DNA of 64,000 nucleotides from a bacterium. Its GTDB lineage: Bacteria; SAR324; NAC60-12. The notes beneath the pieces are model-generated. The model did not search any database, was not told the origin of the DNA, and worked only from the letters and a program-made list of their open reading frames with translations. Shown piece after piece: positions 1 to 8,358 of this stretch. The position numbers and the translations under genes were made by a program. The stretch covers positions 4,160,001 through 4,224,000 of the forward strand of contig OZ242383.1 in the NCBI GenBank assembly GCA_965209155.1, given 5' to 3'. How positions within the stretch are numbered: position 1 is the first letter of the stretch; each line of letters opens with the position of its first letter.

Positions 1-1
1 G

Positions 2-1195
2 CCGGGCAATGTGAGCGTGGATGATTTCCATGGCCTCCTGGGACCCAAAAGGCACTTTCCCGCTGAAAAGTTCATAAAGGGTAGCGCCCAGGGAATAAAA
101 ATCACTGCGATAATCGAGGGGGCGGTTCATCCGGCCGGTCTGCTCGGGGGAGATATAGGGCAGGGTTTCCCCGCTTAGCCGGGGACTCAACGTCGTCAAA
201 TTTTCCTTAGGCAACCGGGTGGCCAGGCCGAAGCCGCTCAGTTTGACCGTCCCCGATGCCGGATCGACAAAAATATTGAACGGGTTGATCATTTTATGCA
301 GGATGCCCTGCCGGTGCACTTCTTTCAGGATGCCGATCAGTGAAACCGCTACCTTCAGCGAGTCCGGCAGGTCGAGCCGCGTGGTATCCATCAACTTTCT
401 TAAAGGGAAACCTTCCGTGTTTTCCAGGATCAAGACCGATCCGTTTTTACATTGCACCAGTTCCTCTGACCTGAGGACCCCATCAATCTCCAGAGCCTGG
501 GTGATCTCATGCTCATGCCGCATTTCCGCCAGCTCCTGGGCGCTCTGCTCAGAGGAAACCGCTCCCTTGATCAGGACCAAAAGCCCATCGCTTTGCCGCC
601 TGCCACGCCAGAGCCGGGTCCGCCCACTTTCAAAAACGACCTCCTCCAGCGAGTAACCCGGAATCTCCGGATTTTTTCTGTCTGGAATCGTCCGCTCTTT
701 TAGTGGATACCACTCTTTTGTTAGCCTGGATTGCGTTTCCATTCCCGGGCCAGTGGAGACTTCTTCCTTTGTCCCTTCAGGCATTTTGAAGCTTTTCAGC
801 AGATCCTCAAGGAAACCCTGGTCCTTTTCGATTTCGTGGATTTTTCCCAACATTCTCCGGGCAGCATGGTAATTTAATCCGATTTTTTCTGATAATTGTT
901 GAGCCGTCGTCTCCCCGTTGCATACGGCCACATAGTAAATCCCCCAAAACCAGTAACGCAGCGGAGTTCGCGTCCGGTGCATCAGAGTGCCCGCTATGAT
1001 CGAAGTCTGGTGTTTACAGTTTCTGCATTGCAGTAATTGACGTTTTTTCAGGGTATCGTATCGGTCACTACCGCAGACTGAGCACACAAAACCGGCTGGC
1101 CAACGGAGATGGAAGAGGTGATTGCGACAGACTTCATCGTTCGAAAAATGCTTTTGGATCTCATGAATGGAATGAGCTTGAATTGTTTCATCCAC
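2..1195 (-). CDS. Ser/Thr protein kinase (N-terminal part, runs off window) with an N-terminal IS1595-type zinc-ribbon/HTH domain
   Basis: Manual translation of the minus strand from GTG at 1195 (GGGAG RBS 6 nt upstream) is open to the window edge. N-terminus reads RWPAGFVCSVCG...LQCRNCKHQTSIIAGTLMHRTRTPLRYWF...LSEKIGLNYHAARRMLGKI. Kinase part reads HKMINPFNIF, GFGLA, LPYISPEQTGRMNRPLDYRSDFYSLGATLYE, typical of large kinase/AAA/His-kinase proteins. Confidence 0.85.
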   Translation of the reverse strand, partial: MDETIQAHSIHEIQKHFSNDEVCRNHLFHLRWPAGFVCSVCGSDRYDTLKKRQLLQCRNCKHQTSIIAGTLMHRTRTPLRYWFWGIYYVAVCNGETTAQQLSEKIGLNYHAARRMLGKIHEIEKDQGFLEDLLKSFKMPEGTKEEVSTGPGMETQSRLTKEWYPLKERTIPDRKNPEIPGYSLEEVVFESGRTRLWRGRRQSDGLLVLIKGAVSSEQSAQELAEMRHEHEITQALEIDGVLRSEELVQCKNGSVLILENTEGFPLRKLMDTTRLDLPDSLKVAVSLIGILKEVHRQGILHKMINPFNIFVDPASGTVKLSGFGLATRLPKENLTTLSPRLSGETLPYISPEQTGRMNRPLDYRSDFYSLGATLYELFSGKVPFGSQEAMEIIHAHIAR

Positions 1196-1246
1196 TTGGT
1201 GCTCCCATATCTAAGGCGATTTAATGAAAACATTAGATTTTAAATT

Positions 1247-1628
1247 GATGATTAAATGAAAACATTAGATTTTAATTTTCAGGTTGGAATAACCTTTCAG
1301 ATTATTTAACGCAAGAAAATTATGCGTCTTCCATCACAGAAACTTCATCACTCCTACGAAGTGGTCCGCTAAGATGATTAAATGAAAACATTAGATTTTA
1401 AATTTTAGATTGGTATAACCTTTCAGATTATTTAACGCAAGAAAATTATGCGTCTTCCATCACAGAAACCTCATCGCTCCTACGAAGTGGTCCGCTAAGA
1501 TGATTAAATGAAAACATTAGATTTTAAATTTTAGATTGGTATAACCTTTCAGATTATTTAACGCAAGAAAATTATGCGTCTTCCATCACAGAAACTTCAC
1601 CGCTCCTACGAAGTAGTCCGCTAAGATG
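1247..1628. repeat. Three tandem near-identical 126-bp repeats (plus partial copy 1211-1246)
   Basis: Unit GATGATTAAATGAAAACATTAG...GTCCGCTAA starts at 1247, 1373 and 1499, with a fourth GATG at 1625. Confidence 0.95.
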
Positions 1629-1857
1629 AGAGATGATAGGCTGCTGCGGTAATTATATCTTTGGGGAATCGATGTCTTTTGAGACTGATCATGACCTTGA
1701 CTCATCTCCGTACCCTCATAGCGAGGCGCATATGTCGAATTGTATTGCCAAAGTTTATACCTCTCCGGAGATTCAAGAGAAATTGCTGTCCTCCGCACAA
1801 TGTGTTATTCTTTTGAAAAGACGACAAATTTCACCATTCATTCCTCTAGAGGACATC

Positions 1858-2355
1858 ATGACTGCTTTAGAATCCGTCAAAAATCACTCCTCTCCAAGAC
1901 GGGTGCCTCCTCCTGCCAAGGAGTTGCTCAGGGTGAGTGAAGCCGAGTATTGGAAGACGTATTATGAACACCCGGATGGTTCATATGAATGGAACAATGG
2001 CCTCTTGGAGGAAAAGCCTATGCCAGATTTTTTAAGCATCTCCCTCTATGAATGGTTCTTCCACTTATTAAAAGAGTATTTGACCGTCTTTCCCATCGGA
2101 CGGATGATGGTATTGGAAATGGGCTTTCGTTTGGCGGTGGGAAAGCAAAAGGTGAGTATTCGCAAACCGGATCTGGCCGTGATTCTCCACTCCAATCCTG
2201 TCGAGGCCAAACCGTTGGATCGTTCGTTTCATGGAGTGTGTGACCTCTGTATCGAGTTTTTATCCGACTCGACTCCCGCGGAGGAAGAAAAAGCGCTTGC
2301 GGAAGTCGAACGGCTGCGTGCTCTCCTCCAAGAGAAAGATTTTGATCCCCGCTAA
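1858..2355 (+). pseudogene. Uma2/DUF820 family endonuclease, apparently internally deleted
   Basis: YEWNNGLLEEKPMPD, RKPDLAV and DLCIEFLSDST motifs are present, then the frame jumps to a coiled-coil tail (EEKALAEVERLRALL). The usual KxxxYxxxGVxEY segment is missing. Likely ATG at 1858 with AGAGGA RBS. Confidence 0.7.
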
Positions 2356-2407
2356 AATTCTATGCCCCTCACAAAGGTCTTTTTCGATCCTTATCTCTAT
2401 GGCCATT

Positions 2408-3493
2408 CTACGGATTTCCTCCGGAAGGAAGGACATCGGCCAATTGGTCACGGACCCCGTAAGGGTCGAAGAGGGCTTCTACCTGAGCCCAGGTGGTGGG
2501 ATCCACCGGGATGCCTTGGGCCAATCGCTCTTGGCGCGTCTTGGCGGATCTTTCCCCCGGAAAGACAACCCCGCCCGATCCTTCCATCGGGGGGGTATCT
2601 TGAAGGTATTTCATCATCTGTTGAACCTCGGCCCGGATGGTTTCCAGGGGCGCCATACGGCCCAGGTCGATGGCGAGTATCGTGGATCCTTCACACATTT
2701 CCGCCATATAAGTTTTTCCATGAGGAACAGCGATCTGGCCAAGAAGCCCCCCGAAAAGCGCGATCATGACCGAGAGCGCATATCCCTTGTAGCCGCCTTG
2801 CAGGCCACCGAGGGGAAATTGGGCACCCCCCTCATAGAAATCGTTCGGGTTCCGACTGGGAACTCCATGCTTATCAATGATCCAAGTATCCGGCAGCTCC
2901 TGTTCCTGGTTACGGTAGACCCGTATCTTCCCCTCAGAGGTGATCGAGGTAGAAATATCAAGCAGGACCGGGGCGCCTTCAGCATGAGGGAAGGCCATCG
3001 CTAAAGGGTTTGAGCCGAGCCGGCCTTCGCGTCCGCCAAAGGGAACCAGGGGGGCCCACGGTTTTCCCGCCCAGCCCGTGAACATGATGGCAGCCAAACC
3101 GGCCGCTGCTGCCATTTCGGGGTAGGTTCCGATGCGACCCGTATGAGTCAGGTTTCCCATACTCACCAGGCTGACTCCATGGTCACGAGCCTTCTCGATC
3201 GCCATTTCGGTCGCACGTGTGGCAACCACCTGTCCGAAGGTAGAATGGCCATCGATCTGGAGGATCGCCCCATGGTCGCCAACGACTTCCGGCTCTGCCT
3301 TTGGATCGACCACGCCTTCCTCAATTTCTTTCAGGTACTGGGGTAGGCGAATGAACCCATGGGAATCGTATCCCGCAAGATTGGCCTGGACCAGGTGCTC
3401 CGCCACGATACCAGTGTGACTGGCCGGAGCACCTCCTGCCTGCAACATCACATCGGTTATCCGGACAACCTGAAGTTTCGTCAATATTGGCAT
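2408..3493 (-). CDS. Ldh_2 family oxidoreductase (malate/L-lactate/ureidoglycolate dehydrogenase-like)
   Basis: GYDSHG, HTGRIG, GSNPLA and GGYKGYAL motifs. Confidence 0.9.
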   Translation of the reverse strand: MPILTKLQVVRITDVMLQAGGAPASHTGIVAEHLVQANLAGYDSHGFIRLPQYLKEIEEGVVDPKAEPEVVGDHGAILQIDGHSTFGQVVATRATEMAIEKARDHGVSLVSMGNLTHTGRIGTYPEMAAAAGLAAIMFTGWAGKPWAPLVPFGGREGRLGSNPLAMAFPHAEGAPVLLDISTSITSEGKIRVYRNQEQELPDTWIIDKHGVPSRNPNDFYEGGAQFPLGGLQGGYKGYALSVMIALFGGLLGQIAVPHGKTYMAEMCEGSTILAIDLGRMAPLETIRAEVQQMMKYLQDTPPMEGSGGVVFPGERSAKTRQERLAQGIPVDPTTWAQVEALFDPYGVRDQLADVLPSGGNP

Positions 3494-3577
3494 AGATTGC
3501 TCCTGAGAATTCAGTTTGTTATCGGGCTCTCACGCGAAGCATGGGAAACCATTTATCAAAGCTCTCCTTTCCAAAAA

Positions 3578-4513
3578 TCATGAAGCTCTCTTTTGGCGAG
3601 ATCCGCCATAGCGCCCTGCCGCCCCCCGCAACCGGGGGTCGAGCAAATCCCTGAGGGCGTCGCCGAAAATGTTGAGGCCGTAGACGACAATCATCAAAGC
3701 AAGACCAGGCCAGATGGACATCAAAGGAGATAGGAACATATAAGAGCGTCCGGAGCCACTGAGCATTCCTCCCCAGGTAGGATCGGGCGGGGGGATGCCC
3801 AAACCCAGGAAGCTGAGGCCGGCTTCCCCTAAAATCATACCCGGCACAGTTGCCGAAAACAGGATGATGATGGTCGGCATAATATTGGGCAGGATATGTC
3901 GGGTTATGATTTTCGTAGTCGGACTGCCAATCGCCGCCGCCGCTTCTACATACATATTCTCTCGAATGGCGATCACGGCGCTTCTCATGATCCTGGAAAC
4001 GCCGATCCCTTGTACCAACCCCATCGCGATAATCAGCTGCCACATCCCTGGCCCCACGATAGAGACCGCAAATAAGAAAATGATGAACGGCGGAAAGCAA
4101 ATCCACCCATCCACAAAACGCTGCACCACGATATCGAACTTACCTCCGAAAAACCCGGAAGGGACCCCGATCAATAAGGCAACCAGGATCGCCAGAGCAG
4201 ACGCCCCTAAACCGACAATCATAGAGATACGAGCCCCAAAGACAATACGGCTATAAATATCCCGCCCAAGGTTGTCCGCCCCGAGGAAATACTTAAATGA
4301 GGGGGGATGCAGGTAATCTCTCGGGTGAATGTCGTTCACTCCATAAGGCGCCAGCCAATCGGCAAAAATACCAGTAAAAAGAAAGAGCAGCACGATCATC
4401 CCGCCAATAAGACCCAGGGGTTGCTCCTTGACCAGCCTGGTCAAGAACACCACCGACCTGGCACGTCGTTTGGGCTCACTGATATTGGATGGGATTTCCA
4501 GGGTATTATTCAA
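3578..4513 (-). CDS. Peptide/nickel ABC transporter permease (DppC/OppC-like)
   Basis: LGADNLGRDIYSR, EAA loop YVEAAAAIG, HILPN, LFGDALRDLLDP-like C-terminus. Confidence 0.93.
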   Translation of the reverse strand: MNNTLEIPSNISEPKRRARSVVFLTRLVKEQPLGLIGGMIVLLFLFTGIFADWLAPYGVNDIHPRDYLHPPSFKYFLGADNLGRDIYSRIVFGARISMIVGLGASALAILVALLIGVPSGFFGGKFDIVVQRFVDGWICFPPFIIFLFAVSIVGPGMWQLIIAMGLVQGIGVSRIMRSAVIAIRENMYVEAAAAIGSPTTKIITRHILPNIMPTIIILFSATVPGMILGEAGLSFLGLGIPPPDPTWGGMLSGSGRSYMFLSPLMSIWPGLALMIVVYGLNIFGDALRDLLDPRLRGAAGRYGGSRQKRAS

Positions 4514-4574
4514 GATCGCTCCTTTTATCGTAACGGTTATCGGTAAACTGACAACCGTTAACCGATAACTTTTA

Positions 4575-5552
4575 TCAATACCGAATCCTGGGGTCCAGAA
4601 GGGCGTAGGTCAAGTCAACCACCAGGTTGGCCAGCATGATAATGATAGCGGCAAATATCGTTATTCCGGAGATTAAGGGATAGTCTCTATCATTAATGGC
4701 CTGTACCAATAAATGACCCAGGCCGGGCAAGCCGAATATCCTCTCGATGATAATGGTCCCCCCAATCACCCACGGTAACATAAATCCGATGACGGTGATC
4801 ACCGGAATGAGGGCGTTGGGAAGCGCATGCCGGAGGATGACCACCTTCTCCTTGAGTCCCTTGGACCAACCTGTCCTGATGTAATCATTCCTGAGGATCT
4901 CCAGCATCATGGTTCGTGTCATCCTCATGACTAACCCCGACATCAGCATGCCCAAAACCAGAGAGGGCACGATGAACTGCCCCAGGTTTTTAAGCGGGTC
5001 CTTCGTGAAACTGGTATACTCTATCGGCGGAGACCACCCCCACCAAAGCGAGGGGAAGACGATGACCAGCGTCCCCAGCCAGAAGTCGGGCATCGCGATA
5101 GCGAACATAGAAAAGCTGCGCGCGGTGTAGTCGCCAATGGTGTTTTGCCGTATTGCGGAATAGATCCCGATAGGGAGGGCTATCAGGATGGCTATTGTCA
5201 AAGTCAGGAGAGCAAGCTCAAAGGTTAAGGGTAATCGCTTGAGGACTATCCCAGTCACCGGGAGCTGGCTCCATAGGGATAATCCAAGGCTGCCTTGAAA
5301 CAGTCCGGAAAAAGAGCCATGTTGGTCCCGAATCACTCCTATCCAGCGTCCGTATTGGACAGGGATCGGCGCATCCAGTCCCAGGCGTTTTCTGACTTCC
5401 TCTTTGGTCATTTCTGACATGTTTCCCAGCCCAGATGCCATCTGGGACACGACATCGCCGGGAATTAAGCGAATGGCAAAGAACACGATGAGACTCATTA
5501 CGAAGATAGTGGGTATAATCAGGAGGACTCTCCTGATGATGTAGGCTTGCAT
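4575..5552 (-). CDS. Peptide/nickel ABC transporter permease (DppB/OppB-like)
   Basis: PGD, LGLDAP..QY, DYIRTGWSKGL, HALPNALIP, DPRIRY. Confidence 0.93.
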   Translation of the reverse strand: MQAYIIRRVLLIIPTIFVMSLIVFFAIRLIPGDVVSQMASGLGNMSEMTKEEVRKRLGLDAPIPVQYGRWIGVIRDQHGSFSGLFQGSLGLSLWSQLPVTGIVLKRLPLTFELALLTLTIAILIALPIGIYSAIRQNTIGDYTARSFSMFAIAMPDFWLGTLVIVFPSLWWGWSPPIEYTSFTKDPLKNLGQFIVPSLVLGMLMSGLVMRMTRTMMLEILRNDYIRTGWSKGLKEKVVILRHALPNALIPVITVIGFMLPWVIGGTIIIERIFGLPGLGHLLVQAINDRDYPLISGITIFAAIIIMLANLVVDLTYALLDPRIRY

Positions 5553-5631
5553 TTTGTATCCCCTTGTCTCTCTACCCTATCTTAATCGGGGAATGAGATC
5601 GCTCCATTCCCGAAGGGCCCATTACTGTCCC

Positions 5632-5812
5632 GTAACTATTCAGGTCTCTGAAAAACCCGTTCAGTTGAATATCATTAAAAAGATTCCCGGAGAGGAGCGA
5701 TCGTTTTCAAGTCCCCCCACGATATAGTTCAATCGATCGGAAACCCTCTTCATTCATAAAAACAACTTAACGAAATCGTGACTATAGCACAATAAAATGT
5801 TATGTAAACCCC
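5632..5812 (+). repeat. Dispersed repeat family A (GTAACTATTCAG-ended), copy 1; degenerate partial copy follows at ~5880-6115
   Basis: Highly similar to 17053-, 41406- and the reverse complement of 48268-48482. Confidence 0.9.
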
Positions 5813-6449
5813 TGATGTAAAATAAATTCGGGATTCGCAATAAAATTTAAAAAACAATAAATCTGCTCAAATGCGGGGACAGTCAGAAGCCGTTCAGTTC
5901 AATATCGGTGAAAAAAGATTCCCGAAGAGGATCCATCACTTCACTTCACTTCCTTCCGCAGCTATTTTGAATCGAACGGGCGGGAACCCTCCCAAGATTG
6001 TGTTCAATCGATCGGGAACCCTCTTTCACTAAAATAACTTTGAAAAGGCATATATGTCGCATTATTTTACGCAAAATCAAGCCCCCATAGCAAAAAAATG
6101 CAGGATTCATAAAAAAGTAGAAATTTTTGTCAAAATTCATCGACATCACAGAAAAGTTCTAATAACTGACTCATGCTATTTCCTTGGATATGAGTGTCGT
6201 TGTATTTCTTTTTTCTCATCTTATTTTCCAGGAGTTAGTGCAAAATCTTCATCTCGAACTCAGGTTAAATAAACGGTATCCATCGATTCAGAGGTGATGG
6301 AGAACCAGTGCAAAACCAGGGGATCCCCGTGAGCATCACTCTGCATTGCGTCACTTGCTTCTCATGGTTTAAATTGCTAAATTGTTGCAAGGTCAAGCTG
6401 GCGATGCAAAAGGTGTGTACTCGAATTCTATCTCACTTTTCTATTTGAA

Positions 6450-7016
6450 AGTCATCACCACCGGCAGAGCCGGTGGCTTGAAGAGGCCCCCAGTATGAGG
6501 GCAAAACGTGTTCGTCATCGTAAGACGTGCTCGTGCTCGTGAACGAAAAAGGCTGCCATGTTAGATCATGAAAAACTCGAGGTATACCAATGTTCCATCG
6601 AATTTTTAGCGTTATCTGTCCAAGTCATCGAAACATTGCCAAAAGGATACTCAGCCTTAGTTGACCAACTGAAAAGGGCATCATGGTCGATTCCTCTCAA
6701 TATCGCAGAAGGCTGTGGAATAAATTCCTTTCCTGACAAGCAACGATTCTATGCATTTGACCGAGGTTCCGCAATGGAATGCGCTGCTATTCTCGATGTT
6801 TTAAACGTGTTGAAGATCATCCAGCCTCCTTTATTTGACGAAGGGAAACAGTTACTTCATCGCATTGTTTCAATGTTAACCAAAATGTGCCGTCGAATTC
6901 ACTGACCGTTCACGAGCACGAGCACGGCTCACGGACACGGATACGTTTCTCATGTCTGACCGGCAAAGCCTATTAGGTTCGCACCAGCAGAGCTGGTGGT
7001 TTAATGAGATTAATTA
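6450..7016. mobile_element. 567-bp non-autonomous element with IS200/IS605-like hairpin ends carrying a four-helix-bundle gene, copy 1
   Basis: Same boundaries (AGTCATCACC...GAGATTAATTA) at three unrelated loci. Terminal hairpins CCACCGGCAGAGCCGGTGG and CACCAGCAGAGCTGGTG. No target-site duplication. Confidence 0.85.
6558..6905 (+). CDS. Four helix bundle protein (23S rRNA IVS / S23 family)
   Basis: HEKLEVYQ, DQLKRASWSIPLNIAEGCG and RGSAMECAAILD signature, 115 aa. Confidence 0.92.
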   Translation: MLDHEKLEVYQCSIEFLALSVQVIETLPKGYSALVDQLKRASWSIPLNIAEGCGINSFPDKQRFYAFDRGSAMECAAILDVLNVLKIIQPPLFDEGKQLLHRIVSMLTKMCRRIH

Positions 7017-7033
7017 ATTTTCGAGAATGTCCC

Positions 7034-8317
7034 ATGAGTAAAAATGCGCGACTGGAAGTACAGGGTCGAACAGTTGAAGTTCCTCTGGTTATTGGCAGTG
7101 AAAAGGAGGTGGGGTTGGATATTTCCAATCTACGCAAGGAAACCGGCGCCATCACCTTTGATCCGGGATTTGTCAATACAGGTTCTTGTGAAAGTGGTAT
7201 TACGTTTCTTGATGGAGAGAATGGAATTTTGAGATACCGGGGAATTCCCATTGAGCAGCTTGCGGAACAGTCGAGTTTCCTGGAAGTGAGTTATTTGCTG
7301 ATTTATGGCGAACTCCCCACAATCACGCAGTTGAGGAATTTTGAAGATTCGATCACTCACCATACAATGCTGCATGAGGATTTGAAACATATCTACAATG
7401 CCTTTCCACGAGATGCGCATCCGATGGCGGTTCTGTCGTGCATGGTGTCGGCACTTTCAACGTTTTACCCTGACGTAGGTTTAGGGGATCAAGATAAACT
7501 CAATTTAGCCATTACCCGTTTAATGGGGAAATTACCGACCATTGCAGCATGGGCTTATAAAAAAAGCATGGGGCAACCTTTGATCTATCCTGACAATAAC
7601 TATGAATATTGCGAAAACTTTTTACACATGATGTTTTCCCTTCCTTCTGTGAATTCGGAAATTCCGGAAGACTTTGCGAAAGCGCTGAATGTCCTGTTCA
7701 TACTTCACGCAGACCATGAGCAAAACTGTTCGACTTCCACCGTCCGTTTAGTCGGCAGCAGCATGGCAAACCTGTTTGCTTCCGTTTCCGCAGGAATTGC
7801 AGCCCTGTGGGGACCTTTGCATGGTGGGGCGAACCAGGCTGTCCTGGAAATGTTGCAAGAAATTCAGACGCAAGGAGCGAATGCGCAAAAGTTTGTGGAA
7901 AAAGCAAAAGATCGTCGATCCGGTTTTCGTCTCATGGGTTTCGGTCACAGAGTTTATAAAAATTTCGATCCTCGCGCTAAAATCATTAAGTCTTATTGCG
8001 ACCGGATATTGGAAATAACGGGGATTTCGGATCCATTGTTAGACATTGCCAAGGAGTTGGAGGAAGCGGTGCTTCACGACGATTATTTCGTAGAGAGGAA
8101 ATTGTACCCCAATGTAGATTTTTACAGTGGAATTATTTATAAGGCCCTTGGTTTTCCCACACCCATGTTAACGGCCCTCTTTGCCATTGGACGCTTACCG
8201 GGATGGATCGCCCACTGGGTTGAAATGAATAGAAGCTCGTTAAAAATAGGAAGACCTCGTCAGATATATACGGGTCCTCCCAAGCGCGCCTTTATTCCAC
8301 TTGATCAGCGTAGTTAG
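7034..8317 (+). CDS. gltA: Citrate synthase
   Basis: DPGFVNTGSC, HADHEQNCSTS, GPLHGGAN, GFGHRVYKNFDPRA, YPNVDFYSG. ATG at 7034 preferred over 7004, which lies inside the inserted element. Confidence 0.97.
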   Translation: MSKNARLEVQGRTVEVPLVIGSEKEVGLDISNLRKETGAITFDPGFVNTGSCESGITFLDGENGILRYRGIPIEQLAEQSSFLEVSYLLIYGELPTITQLRNFEDSITHHTMLHEDLKHIYNAFPRDAHPMAVLSCMVSALSTFYPDVGLGDQDKLNLAITRLMGKLPTIAAWAYKKSMGQPLIYPDNNYEYCENFLHMMFSLPSVNSEIPEDFAKALNVLFILHADHEQNCSTSTVRLVGSSMANLFASVSAGIAALWGPLHGGANQAVLEMLQEIQTQGANAQKFVEKAKDRRSGFRLMGFGHRVYKNFDPRAKIIKSYCDRILEITGISDPLLDIAKELEEAVLHDDYFVERKLYPNVDFYSGIIYKALGFPTPMLTALFAIGRLPGWIAHWVEMNRSSLKIGRPRQIYTGPPKRAFIPLDQRS

Positions 8318-8358
8318 TTGATGATTTCGATAATTTTCTTATTTCAATTATAAAATTC

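Noticed and set aside
1247..1628. CRISPR array or coding repeat
   Set aside because: Whole 126-bp units are near-identical with no spacer, and there are multiple stop codons.
6558..6905. Diversity-generating retroelement (Avd-like gene, with the FGE/C-type-lectin domain at 9899-12223 as target)
   Set aside because: No reverse transcriptase and no template/variable repeat pair differing at adenines were seen.
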